Shown piece by piece: positions 18,550-28,580 of a stretch of 61,357 bases of DNA (positions are counted from its first letter, which is position 1; each line of letters begins with the position of its first letter). The translations under genes and the position numbers were made by a program. This DNA comes from a virus (lineage: Duplodnaviria > Caudoviricetes), in IMG/VR virus record IMGVR_UViG_3300048584_000008, positions 1 through 61,357 of that record. One strand, given 5' to 3'. Below the pieces are notes generated by a model, which saw nothing but the letters and a program-made list of their open reading frames with translations, searched no databases and was not told the origin of the DNA.

Positions 18550-19403
18550 GCCTTGATGATACCGAGTTCCTTACCCCAGTCCGTAGGTCTAAGTTCGGCG
18601 GTAAGCCTGCTATGGCTGATCCAACAGCTCCGGCTAGCCCCTCCCCTACCCCCGTCTGGACGCCGCCTAAGAGCCCTGCTCCCGTAGTAGACCCTATGGC
18701 TCCGGCTAGCCCGTCGCCTACTCCTGTGTGGACGCCGCCTAAGGGTCCCGCACCAGTGCCGACTCCGCCTATGAGTACTGGCTATCCGCCTGTTGCTACT
18801 CCTACAGCTCCAGTCCCGCAGCCGGTTACTACCGGTCCCCAGAGTCCTGTTCCTACCCAGCCTCTAGGGGCTAATGGGCTAGGCCTTGACTTTATGCGAC
18901 AGGTGACTCCTAACGAGCTGGTACAGAACCAGCTTAATGGCCTGTTAAGCAATGAGAATCCGTATATACGTAATGCAAGACAGCGTGGTGCAGAGTATGC
19001 GGCTAGCCGTGGCAGCATCAACAGCTCCATTGGTGCTGGTGCTTCCCAGAGAGCTGCCCTAGAGGCGGCGATGCCCATTGCTCAGGCTGATGCCGACGTG
19101 TATCGTCAGGCTAACCAAGGTAACTTCGAGTCCCTCAGCCAGCTACGCCAGATGCGTACAGCTGCTGACCTAGACAACTGGCTATCCAGCGAAAACTTTA
19201 CCCGGGACTTTAATGGTAGACTAGCTACTATGTCTATCCAGTCCTCTCAGGATATGCTGACGTACATAACCCAGCGCGCCTTGGAAGACCCAGCAGTCTA
19301 CACCCCAGACGTTATCTCGGGGTTCAACAACTTCTTTAATCTAAACATGAAGGATATGTTTAGTAACTTCTACGGGCCTACTAACCAAGGAGGGGGCGGC
19401 TAA
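18546..19403 (+). CDS. Internal virion (ejection) protein with Pro-rich N-terminal repeat
   Basis: 24-aa repeat DP.APASPSPTPVWTPPK twice; ASRGSINSSIGAGA...AAMPIAQADA motif. Confidence 0.65.
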   Translation: MSLDDTEFLTPVRRSKFGGKPAMADPTAPASPSPTPVWTPPKSPAPVVDPMAPASPSPTPVWTPPKGPAPVPTPPMSTGYPPVATPTAPVPQPVTTGPQSPVPTQPLGANGLGLDFMRQVTPNELVQNQLNGLLSNENPYIRNARQRGAEYAASRGSINSSIGAGASQRAALEAAMPIAQADADVYRQANQGNFESLSQLRQMRTAADLDNWLSSENFTRDFNGRLATMSIQSSQDMLTYITQRALEDPAVYTPDVISGFNNFFNLNMKDMFSNFYGPTNQGGGG

Positions 19404-19693
19404 TGAGTATCTTCTCAAAGATTTTTAGTGCCGTGCTCGGCGGCGTCAGTAGCTCTGCACAAAAGGACGCCCAGAAAGAGGACGTTAAGGGTAAGGGCCG
19501 GGAGGAGCGGGCTACGCTTTCCTTTGCCTCAGACCTTGAGTACTTCCGCAACCAGCAGCAGCGCAAGGAACGCTCCGGTGCCCTAGACTCTAACTACAAT
19601 CAGTTCTCTACAGTAAAGAATTTCGCCCCCTACTTCAAGCCGGGTAGCGGCCTAGACGCCGTACCCACCAAGCCTAAGCCGGGAGACTACTAA
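19403..19693 (+). CDS. Small internal virion protein
   Basis: TAATG coupling; amphipathic Gly-rich N-terminus. Confidence 0.6.
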   Translation: MSIFSKIFSAVLGGVSSSAQKDAQKEDVKGKGREERATLSFASDLEYFRNQQQRKERSGALDSNYNQFSTVKNFAPYFKPGSGLDAVPTKPKPGDY

Positions 19694-20106
19694 TGAAAAC
19701 TACTAATAAGAAAAGCGTGTCCGACAAGGAGCTGGTCTCCATGATGGGTATGGCTATGCTAGACAATGGTGGTCTCCAGACTATCCAGCAGGCGCTCCAG
19801 TCTTCGCAGGACCCCGGCCAAGTGGTCGGACAGTTCCTTGCGCAGATGGTGGGTCAGCTAGCCGAGAGCACTCAGCAAAACTTTGGGATTGATCCATCTG
19901 TGTACGGCGAAGAGGATGGTTTCATTGACCAGACTCTTAACTACATCGAGACTTCTCTTGGACTGCCCAAGGAGTTCTCTGATCAAGTGTATGGTGAGGT
20001 ACTAGAAATTATGAAGGCCGTCTCCATGAGTGGCGGAGAACAGCAGCAGCCTCAGCAGGCACCGGCACCCGCCGGTCCTCCGGGCCTAGACGTGGGAGGT
20101 ATGTAA
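19693..20106 (+). CDS. Hypothetical virion protein
   Basis: TAATG coupling; operon context. Confidence 0.65.
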   Translation: MKTTNKKSVSDKELVSMMGMAMLDNGGLQTIQQALQSSQDPGQVVGQFLAQMVGQLAESTQQNFGIDPSVYGEEDGFIDQTLNYIETSLGLPKEFSDQVYGEVLEIMKAVSMSGGEQQQPQQAPAPAGPPGLDVGGM

Positions 20107-20107
20107 C

Positions 20108-20845
20108 ATGGCATCTGCATTCTGGGGTGGCTTTGCCGATTCCCTCAAGGGGAGTATAGACAAGGACGAGGAAGAGAAGCGTGAAGAGAGGAAGCTCCGC
20201 CTAGCCGAGCAGCTTAAGCTAGAGTACATCGGCAAGCTTGTGGACTCTAGTCAGACTAGTATCGAAGGGGACTTTGAGGTTAAGCGTAACGCACAGGGCG
20301 AAGTGCTTTCTCGTACCCAGCTTTCCCCGGAAAGGCTTCAGGAGATTAAGAATGAACGAAAGAGGCAGGAAGCGGAGACGGAAGGTGCTATCGCTGATGC
20401 CGGTGTTAAGAAGAAAGGCCTTGAGTACTTCGATCAAGATAGACAGGCAGAGAGAGAAGACAAGGCTTTAGGCCGTAGGCTGCAGCAGGCGGGGGTGTCA
20501 ATAGCCCAAGCCCGCTTTGACTACGACAAGAGCCAAGACGAGCAAGAGCAGGCTATGGAAGATGAGCAGCTAATCAACGACGCACGCAAGATGCTGCGAG
20601 CGGTGGGAGACGTCCCAGCTGGCCTCGATAACTCGGTAGAGAGTCGTTCCGCCATTCTAGAGAACGCACTTGAGGAAGCTCTGGCGGCTGGTGACAAAGC
20701 AGGTGCTCGACGTATAGCAAACGAGATTCAAGGAGAGCTAGAGATGCCATATCTAAAGGCCAGGACACAGGCTACTAACGTCCCTAATACACCTTATCTA
20801 GAAACACCTGCCGGTCTCCGCGCAGTACCTAAGCCGGGAGGCTAA
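20108..20845 (+). CDS. Internal virion protein, coiled-coil
   Basis: GGAGG RBS; MASAFWGGFA N-terminus then charged helices. Confidence 0.65.
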   Translation: MASAFWGGFADSLKGSIDKDEEEKREERKLRLAEQLKLEYIGKLVDSSQTSIEGDFEVKRNAQGEVLSRTQLSPERLQEIKNERKRQEAETEGAIADAGVKKKGLEYFDQDRQAEREDKALGRRLQQAGVSIAQARFDYDKSQDEQEQAMEDEQLINDARKMLRAVGDVPAGLDNSVESRSAILENALEEALAAGDKAGARRIANEIQGELEMPYLKARTQATNVPNTPYLETPAGLRAVPKPGG

Positions 20846-20848
20846 GTA

Positions 20849-23800
20849 GTGGCATACATCACGCTAGACCAAAAGGCTAGTATATATAATTCCTTAGACG
20901 ATAATCTGCGAGCAAAGCTAGACGCCGGTAAAATTACTTGGGAAGAGGCCGCGAGCTATGTCGTCCCTATGGGTGACCTAGAGCTTGCGCGTGCCCGCGA
21001 ATTGCCGCAGGGTGTAGGGGCGGTCACGCCTGTAGCTCAGCCCAGCTTAGATGCCCAGCCAGCTGTAGACCCTAGCGTTGCCCGCAATAGCAGCCGCGAC
21101 GAAATCAAGAGAGGTATGATTGGCCTAGAGGGCTTCCTGCCTACTATACAGGAAGGCCTTGCTCTTTCTGAAATGGAAGCTGCTGATAGGGCTATGGCTA
21201 TTCGTGAGGGGCGAGCTGAGGCTTTTGATAGCCAGCCATACAAGGACGCCTTTGGTGACGCCCTAAATAACGCTGGCACTCGGGCCGGTGTTAACCCAGT
21301 GTCTGCTGGATACGCGGCTGTTGGTCTAGGACTAGACGCCCTAAACATCGGTACGTCCCAGATAAACGACAAACTCAATGCTACCTTCAGGTCGGATGCC
21401 GACATACAGGCTAAGCGTCAGAGAGCTGAGCAGGTAGCCTTTGAGCAGGTAGAGGCACTCACTCAAGTAAGTCGGGAGCTAGCTAAGCTACCCCCTAATC
21501 TTGCCTCTCAGGAATTTCAGGATGCCGTAGACTCTGGTAACTACTTCACTGCCGCTCAGCTAGCGCCCAGTGCTGCTTACTACGTCAGCCTACAGAATGC
21601 ACCCACGCTAGCAGCGCAGGCGGCTATCTCTGCTGCAACTGCCGCCATAACTAAGAACCCTACCGCCATCCGCACTGTCATGGGGGCTACTGGTGCTCTC
21701 GGTGAGTCTACCGAAATAAGCAATGACTACATGGATGTGCTGTCCCGCCTGTCTCCCGAGGAGCAGGCCGACCCGTCGGCTAGATTTGCCGCATTCAAGA
21801 CCGCAGCTGAGTCTACGCTAGCGCGTATGGCCGTGGGCGCTGTCGTGCCTGCTGGTCTAGCTAGTGGCACCGGCAACATAGCAAGAGATGTTGCTCAGGT
21901 AACGGCGCTGAACGTTGCTCAGGAGATGGGCGGCGAAGCTATTGCTTCCGACATCAGAGGCGCAGACTACACCGCCGGCAGCTTGCTACTAGAAGGCCTT
22001 GGTGGCCTTGGTGGTGGCGTAGCCGAGGGCGGTGGTATGGTGTGGAATGACTACCGTGAGAATAAGCTAGGCCGTAACCTAACCCGCTCCCTACAGGAGC
22101 AGGCGGATGAAGCTACGGCCAATCTAGTCAGAGACAACGAGCGCAGAGACGCCGAGCAGAGGCTAGCTGAGGCTAACCGTGAGGCGTTCGACGCCGAGGT
22201 GGAAGCTGATCGTGCGATACAGGAGATACTAGATAGGAAGGCTAGCGCCGACCAGCTGAACAACGCTACTCAGACCGAGATGCCGTTCGGCTCGGACCTC
22301 ACTCCCGGTGAGAATGACCGTACTCCTACCATTCAGGATATGTTTACTGGAGAGTCTGTTGCCGCTACTAAGGCGGAGCAGCAGCGTGAGGCTAATAAGG
22401 AGGAAGCTGGTAAGCTAGCTAAGGGCGAGCGCACTCTGACAGAGGACGAGTTTGAGCTGCAGTCTCAGCGCACTACTGCGGCTAAGGATTCTATTGATAA
22501 CCGCAAGCAGGCGGACTTCGAGACTGAAGAACAGTCTAAAGAGAAGCGTCGCACCCTTCTAGCCGAAGACCAGACCATACTTAAGAACGAGCGTCAGCTA
22601 CAGAGCACGGCGGATATTACCCGTGAGGCACAGCGCCGCCTAGAGATTGAGAAGGAAGAGATTCGCCGCAAGCCGGAGAATCGTAGAGGCGTTCGCAACG
22701 CCCGCCTAACTGAGACCCTAGATGCGTACGAGCGTAAGCGTAGGCCGGAGCTAGTTGCTCAGGTTAGAGCCGAGCGCCTCAAGCGTATCGTCGAGGCCCG
22801 TGATCGCACCATTGCAGAAGAGAACCGTAACGTCGCTCTAGATGACATCGCCGTGCAGGCGGACCTAGACGCACGTTCAGAGGCTAGGCTAGCTAAGGAG
22901 AGGGAAGATACTCTTGACCTTCCGACTGACCTATTCTCTACTCCCGAGGTAAAGGGGCAGCAGGAACTACTAAGTGGAGAAATCTCCCAGCAGCCTGCTC
23001 GCCCCACTTATACCGGCACTCTTACTGAGAAGCAAGCTCAGCAGGAAGCTGCCGCGCTTCTGCTTGCCCGCCAGAAGGCGAAAGAGGATACTCGGCCCAA
23101 GGCGCAGGCCAAGGCTACCGAGGAGGAGGTCGCTGCTGCCGAGCAGCTGGCCCGAGAGGTAGACGCCGAGCTTCCCACTATCGAAAAGATTCTGGCTAAG
23201 GCGCAGACTAAGGCCGCTAACCTAACGGTTAAGGCCTACGCTCAGAAAGAGGCTAAGGCTCAGGAAGATTTCATTAAGGAAGCTGCCGCTAAGGAAGGCG
23301 CTACTCTAGCCACCGTTAAGGTAGAGGCGGCTAGCCGTATGGCTGAGTGGCGTAAGGCTAATCCGAAACCAGCGGCTGCTCCTGAAGTAACCGCTGCCAC
23401 GGATAAGCTGGTCAAGCAGGCCGAGAAGATTCAGAAGGATAGGGAAAAGGCGGAGAAGGTTAAGGAAACTAAGAACCTTACTAAGGCTCTTAAACGTGAG
23501 ATGGCTACGGGCAAGACTCCAGCCGAGGCGGCTGAGGCTGTCAACAGGGAGCTGTCTAAGGAAGAGGATGCCGACGTACGGGCCGAGCTGGCAGGTGCCA
23601 CTACAGCTAACCCGACTGCTGCTACAGGAACCGCAACGCGCCGTCGCTATGGTGACGCTGTGCGGCAGACTACGCCTGATGGTAAGGGAGTATTCTTTGA
23701 GAGCACTGGTCTGCGGGCTGCCCTAGATAAGGTCATGGCTTCTGATTCTCGGACTAAGCCGGGAGACTTACTGCGTGCGATACTAGCCCATCCAGAAGCT

Positions 23801-26800
23801 TCGCGTGGAGAGAAGTGGCTTGCTAACAGACTAGTAGGTCTCATTGATAACCTTGACATCAAACTAATTGACGTACCCACAGAGCCTGAAACGGCTACTT
23901 GGGGCGGTGCGTTTATTCCCTCTAAGAATGCTACGTGGATTCGTGTAGCTACAGCAGAGGTAATTCTGCACGAGCTGCTGCACGCTGTCACGTCAAACGT
24001 CATAAGCTCGAAGGCTGTTAGAGCTAACCCCAAAATTGCGGCGGCTGTTCGCCAGCTCAACGACGTACTGGCAGCGGTACAGCTAGCGTACGGCGAGCAG
24101 CAGGGTAGTATCTCTGGCCGTCTAGCTACGATACTCAGCAACAAGCAAGGCCCCCTATCTAACACCACCGAGCTAGTAAGCTATGCGCTTACTGAGGATG
24201 TGTTCATGGAGTGGCTTGAGACTGTGCCCATGCCCGGCCCAAAGAAGACCGCGTGGCAGGGCTTTAAGGATGCTATCAAGTCTATCTTTACCCCACGCAA
24301 TGCGGAACAGAACACCGCCCTTGACGAGATACTCGACGCCACTTCGTCCCTGACTATGGTTCAGGAGCAGACTCCTGCGGTTAACGCATGGGCTTCTAGC
24401 GAAGCTAAGAGTAAGGCTACCAGAGTCAATCCCCAGTCTATCCCGGGGCTTCTGGGTAATGAGGAGTCTAGAAAGAATACTCTTAACAAGACGCTAGCCC
24501 AGCTATCTAGCATGTACAAGAATCTAGCTAAGGCTATAGCTGCCACCGCTAGAGACAGTACCTTAGGAGATTCCCTTGCCGAGTTTAGAGATTCGGCTTT
24601 CGAGACTCCTATCGAGGAGATGGCTAATCGTACCATTGAGAATGCCGACCTAACTACCTATCGCCAGAAGCTCGGCCAACTGCCGCGCAACCTAGCTAAG
24701 TGGGCTGGCCTAGAGAACAAGATGGTGACTGAGGATGGTGAGCTTATGCCCCTGTTTCATGGCAGCCGCGTTCAGACTGGGGCTAATGGCAAGAGCTTCT
24801 CTGCTTTTAGGATGCCAGTAGATAGCGGGCAGCTGGGTATACACGCCACTGTTGCTCCTCAGGTAGCTACCACCTTCAACAAGAAGGCCGGAGAGATGGG
24901 CCTTATGTCGCAAGCGGATGATGCCCTGTACGTCATGGCTGGTCGCATGAGTAACCCGCTACGCCTACGAGACTTCGGTCTCTGGGACGCCCGGGCTATT
25001 CTGGTCTCTCTACGCAAGAGTACTAATCCGCAAGAGATTCGTCTAGCAAAAGAGCTGAGAAGGCTGCAGGACGCGCTGGAAGAGGGTGGGGTGGTAGCCG
25101 ACGCCGACACTAGGGAGGCCATACTAAACGCCGGCTTTGACGGCATCGTTTACCTCAATCGTATGGAAATGGGCCTGACTGGTGTGGTAACAGATAAGGT
25201 TGCCGGTCCTCGTCTAGACAAGTTGGGCATACCCCTCTTGCCTCTAGACGGTGAGCAGCGTGGCTTCTACAATACTACTCAGGGCCAAAACGCGGCTCGC
25301 GTAACTATTACGCTTAACAGCCTATCCGATGAAGACTTCTCGAAGGTGTTCCCCGAAGCGGCAGAGTCCTACATCTTCCTCAAGCCACAGGATGTTAAGT
25401 CTGTTACTGACAACGACGGGGAGTTCTCCGAGTCGTCGGATATCTACGCCTCCGACGCGGGGGATGTAGAGATAACGGAAGACGAGGCCTTCACCAACCC
25501 TGTGTCCAAGAAGGTATTCTTCGGGCCTGGCGGGAAAATTCGTCCCGAGTGGGGCCACAAGGGCACCATCGTAGAGGCGGTCTTTGATTCCCTATCTGCT
25601 GGCGGCGGCAAGATTGATTACACCAAGGGTGTACGTTCTAGCATAGCCGAGATATTCGAGAGATCGGGCTCAGAGGCGGGAGCGTTAATTGCCGAGGCCG
25701 AAGGCTACTTCAAGGCAATGGACGGGGCGCTATATCGTCAGGCCCGCAAGGCTAAGCAGGACACAGATGCCTATCGTACCGGCTTCAGCTCGGCTGTGGC
25801 TGAGTTCGAGAAGTTAGGCGAGGGCCTGTCTAAGTCGCAGAAGGCTAAGGACCTTACCACTAAGTACGGCAACGCAGCTAAGGCTTACTTCCAGGCCCGT
25901 GCTAAGATTGATAGTATGTCTGCCGAGATTCTTCAGCAGCGGTTAGATGACCCGCGCCCCTTCACCGAGGCCGAGGCTAAAATCTATCGGTCCATCAAGG
26001 AAAATATGGGTCGGTACTATAGCCGTGTGTACGCTGCCAGCACCAAGGGCATCGGCACCAAGCGTGCCAAGAAGCTCTGGAAGGAGTTCGAGGAGTACGC
26101 TGCCGGCACACCTAATGCTGAGTTCAAGGATGGCTACGACATCATTCGTAACGCTATACAGTACGTGTCTAAGAACCATCTGATAGTCCCGGATGTAGAC
26201 ACCCTAGAAGAGATGTCCCTCACCGAGCTGCAGGATATGGCTACGGCGTGGGGTATTCGTACAGGTGGTCTAGCCGACATAGATAATCCGCTAACTGCGC
26301 CTGTTCGTAAGGAGCGCCTGATAGAGGAGCTGTCTAAGTTCGCAGATGCTACCCCGGCTGTGCGTCAGCAGCAGGCTCGTGTGCTGGTGGAGCAGCTCCT
26401 GTTCTCCCGCGCTCATGCCGCCCTGAATAAGTTTTATCGCGGCCAGTCGCAGGACTTGACTATTGTTAGTGAGAAGAAGGCTGTGCCGGAAGAGATTCGT
26501 AAGCTCCTAGGAGAGTACGAGGACCTACCGCTTAAGGCCATGACCACTATGATTCGTATGGCTACCTTCCGCTCTACTACTAAGGCGTTCTCGGAGCTAC
26601 TAGCTTCGCAGAAGGGTAAGACTATCCTAACCGCTGACCAAGTGCGTGAGCGCGACCTGTCTCCGCAGGAGTGGAGCCCGCTCTCTGGTGAAACCTATGG
26701 CCCCCTCAATGGGATGTACGTACGTAAGGACCTACTCGCCAACATCGAAAGCTCGATGGAGATTACCCGTACCTTCGACCAGCTCATCGGCATGGGTGAA

Positions 26801-28576
26801 CAGGGGTCGGCGGAGAGAATCAAGGCTGCAGCGTTCTGGGGTGTAGAGAAGTGGATAGGCTTTGCTGCTGGTGTGAAGATGCTGCAGTTAGTGGCTAACA
26901 TTTCTAACGCCGGTCTGAACTATGGTGGTGGTGTGGTGTCTACTATTGGTAACGGTAACCTGAACGCTAAGGCCATTGCCAAGGCTCACGGTATTGCTAC
27001 CTCGCTCATTGCTGCCCAGACTTCCTCTCACTCCACGCCGGAGATGTTGAAGGTTATCCGGGCCGGTATCACCGACAACGCCATGCTAGGTTCTATCCGT
27101 AAGGTAGAGGCCGAGAAGCTTAACGAAGTGCTATTCGCCCACCTTGAGTCTCCTATAGAGAAGAAGCGCAGTAAGGCCCAGCGTGGGCTGGCTGCCGGTG
27201 GCCGAGTCTGGAGAGAGACGTACGCTATGGCTGACGTCGTGTGGAAGATTGCTAACTTCCTAGAGGAAGAGCGCAAGCTTACCGCATTCTACAAGGCTGA
27301 GGGTATCGAGATATCTGCAGAGGAGATTGAGCGCCGGGCTGCGTGGAATACTAACCAGTCTAACTTCTCTTACAAGAGAGTGCCCAGCCTTATCAAGGAC
27401 ATCGAGAAGGGTGGTATCACGTACGTTATGCCGTACGTCTACGAGACTTTCCGTGCCCCTATCGGTAACATCTTTGTTGGACTATCCGACCTTAAGAAGG
27501 CTAGCGAAGCTAAGACTACCGAGGGCAAGAAGATTATGATGGCCTCCGGTGTACGCCGTGTGGTTGGTGGCGCTCTAGCTATGGGTGTTATGCAGATGGC
27601 TATGCACGCCACGGCCCAGATGATTGCCGAGAACTTCGGCGGAGAGGACGAAGAGTGGACCAATAAGCTTAGGGTCTTCATGCCTGACTACAAGAAGTTT
27701 GCTGACCTAATCTATCTGGGTGATAACTCAGAAGGTGAGGCGGTAATCCTAGAGTTCTCTAGACTTGATCCGTTCGGCCCGTCTACGGAGTTCTTCCGTA
27801 TGGCCGTGGCAGGTGCGGAGCCGGAAGAGTACCTGCAGGCGGCTAAGAACTTGTTGATTGTTAACCCGTACGGTAGGGGTATGGTTCAGGCCTTCTTCGG
27901 GCAGGGTGGTACCAACACTCGGATGCAGGAGATTACTCCTGAGTTCTACAGCAAACTAGTAAACGCCTTTGAGTGGGTAGGTATGGACGGTCTACGCGGG
28001 GCCAAGGCAATTGACCTGCTACTGCCCTCGGCTATAGTTCGCCCCTTCGACCCGGGCAACAAGCCGGTAGAGAATGAGATATTTACCAGTATGTTCACTG
28101 CTCTAGGCGGTCAGCTCCACAACATAGACCCGAACAAGTCTGTTAAGTTTGCGACGGATGACTTCTCTCGCGTGTCCAACGAGATACGTGGGGACTTCTA
28201 TACCCTACTCAAGACGGATACTGACCTAGATGATAACCAGCTTCTATCCAAGATGGTTGACCTCCGAGAGAGGGAGCGAGATAACTTTAAGAAGTTGCAG
28301 GCTCTACATGATGGTATGATTGACATAGGCTACACGCCACAGGAAGTCATGGCTGACCTAGCTTCGAGGAGAGTATCCCCTACCAATCTAGCCATGCTTA
28401 ACATGGGTGGCTACGTGCCTGAGGGTTCGGGCATAGTATCTGTCAGGGGTCTCAAGCAGTCTTGGTCGCAGGTTAACGCCAGCCCCATTGGCGATGACCG
28501 CAAGAATACCTACTACAACAACATCCTACGCACGCTGCAGCTCGCAGAGTCGGGGCAAATTCCGGTGAGGGAGTAA
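20849..28576 (+). CDS. Large polyvalent internal virion protein with zincin peptidase and ADP-ribosyltransferase-like domains
   Basis: 2575 aa; ILHELLHAVT (23969-23983) plus a downstream ELVSY; LFHGS...F..F...GIH.T...NPL...GFDGIVY...YIFLKPQDVKS..NDGEF (~24750-25450). Confidence 0.8.
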   Translation: MAYITLDQKASIYNSLDDNLRAKLDAGKITWEEAASYVVPMGDLELARARELPQGVGAVTPVAQPSLDAQPAVDPSVARNSSRDEIKRGMIGLEGFLPTIQEGLALSEMEAADRAMAIREGRAEAFDSQPYKDAFGDALNNAGTRAGVNPVSAGYAAVGLGLDALNIGTSQINDKLNATFRSDADIQAKRQRAEQVAFEQVEALTQVSRELAKLPPNLASQEFQDAVDSGNYFTAAQLAPSAAYYVSLQNAPTLAAQAAISAATAAITKNPTAIRTVMGATGALGESTEISNDYMDVLSRLSPEEQADPSARFAAFKTAAESTLARMAVGAVVPAGLASGTGNIARDVAQVTALNVAQEMGGEAIASDIRGADYTAGSLLLEGLGGLGGGVAEGGGMVWNDYRENKLGRNLTRSLQEQADEATANLVRDNERRDAEQRLAEANREAFDAEVEADRAIQEILDRKASADQLNNATQTEMPFGSDLTPGENDRTPTIQDMFTGESVAATKAEQQREANKEEAGKLAKGERTLTEDEFELQSQRTTAAKDSIDNRKQADFETEEQSKEKRRTLLAEDQTILKNERQLQSTADITREAQRRLEIEKEEIRRKPENRRGVRNARLTETLDAYERKRRPELVAQVRAERLKRIVEARDRTIAEENRNVALDDIAVQADLDARSEARLAKEREDTLDLPTDLFSTPEVKGQQELLSGEISQQPARPTYTGTLTEKQAQQEAAALLLARQKAKEDTRPKAQAKATEEEVAAAEQLAREVDAELPTIEKILAKAQTKAANLTVKAYAQKEAKAQEDFIKEAAAKEGATLATVKVEAASRMAEWRKANPKPAAAPEVTAATDKLVKQAEKIQKDREKAEKVKETKNLTKALKREMATGKTPAEAAEAVNRELSKEEDADVRAELAGATTANPTAATGTATRRRYGDAVRQTTPDGKGVFFESTGLRAALDKVMASDSRTKPGDLLRAILAHPEASRGEKWLANRLVGLIDNLDIKLIDVPTEPETATWGGAFIPSKNATWIRVATAEVILHELLHAVTSNVISSKAVRANPKIAAAVRQLNDVLAAVQLAYGEQQGSISGRLATILSNKQGPLSNTTELVSYALTEDVFMEWLETVPMPGPKKTAWQGFKDAIKSIFTPRNAEQNTALDEILDATSSLTMVQEQTPAVNAWASSEAKSKATRVNPQSIPGLLGNEESRKNTLNKTLAQLSSMYKNLAKAIAATARDSTLGDSLAEFRDSAFETPIEEMANRTIENADLTTYRQKLGQLPRNLAKWAGLENKMVTEDGELMPLFHGSRVQTGANGKSFSAFRMPVDSGQLGIHATVAPQVATTFNKKAGEMGLMSQADDALYVMAGRMSNPLRLRDFGLWDARAILVSLRKSTNPQEIRLAKELRRLQDALEEGGVVADADTREAILNAGFDGIVYLNRMEMGLTGVVTDKVAGPRLDKLGIPLLPLDGEQRGFYNTTQGQNAARVTITLNSLSDEDFSKVFPEAAESYIFLKPQDVKSVTDNDGEFSESSDIYASDAGDVEITEDEAFTNPVSKKVFFGPGGKIRPEWGHKGTIVEAVFDSLSAGGGKIDYTKGVRSSIAEIFERSGSEAGALIAEAEGYFKAMDGALYRQARKAKQDTDAYRTGFSSAVAEFEKLGEGLSKSQKAKDLTTKYGNAAKAYFQARAKIDSMSAEILQQRLDDPRPFTEAEAKIYRSIKENMGRYYSRVYAASTKGIGTKRAKKLWKEFEEYAAGTPNAEFKDGYDIIRNAIQYVSKNHLIVPDVDTLEEMSLTELQDMATAWGIRTGGLADIDNPLTAPVRKERLIEELSKFADATPAVRQQQARVLVEQLLFSRAHAALNKFYRGQSQDLTIVSEKKAVPEEIRKLLGEYEDLPLKAMTTMIRMATFRSTTKAFSELLASQKGKTILTADQVRERDLSPQEWSPLSGETYGPLNGMYVRKDLLANIESSMEITRTFDQLIGMGEQGSAERIKAAAFWGVEKWIGFAAGVKMLQLVANISNAGLNYGGGVVSTIGNGNLNAKAIAKAHGIATSLIAAQTSSHSTPEMLKVIRAGITDNAMLGSIRKVEAEKLNEVLFAHLESPIEKKRSKAQRGLAAGGRVWRETYAMADVVWKIANFLEEERKLTAFYKAEGIEISAEEIERRAAWNTNQSNFSYKRVPSLIKDIEKGGITYVMPYVYETFRAPIGNIFVGLSDLKKASEAKTTEGKKIMMASGVRRVVGGALAMGVMQMAMHATAQMIAENFGGEDEEWTNKLRVFMPDYKKFADLIYLGDNSEGEAVILEFSRLDPFGPSTEFFRMAVAGAEPEEYLQAAKNLLIVNPYGRGMVQAFFGQGGTNTRMQEITPEFYSKLVNAFEWVGMDGLRGAKAIDLLLPSAIVRPFDPGNKPVENEIFTSMFTALGGQLHNIDPNKSVKFATDDFSRVSNEIRGDFYTLLKTDTDLDDNQLLSKMVDLRERERDNFKKLQALHDGMIDIGYTPQEVMADLASRRVSPTNLAMLNMGGYVPEGSGIVSVRGLKQSWSQVNASPIGDDRKNTYYNNILRTLQLAESGQIPVRE

Positions 28577-28580
28577 CTAT

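Noticed and set aside
20849-28576. N4-like virion RNA polymerase
   Set aside because: No single-subunit RNAP motifs or DFDGD recognised; the motifs fit peptidase and ART domains
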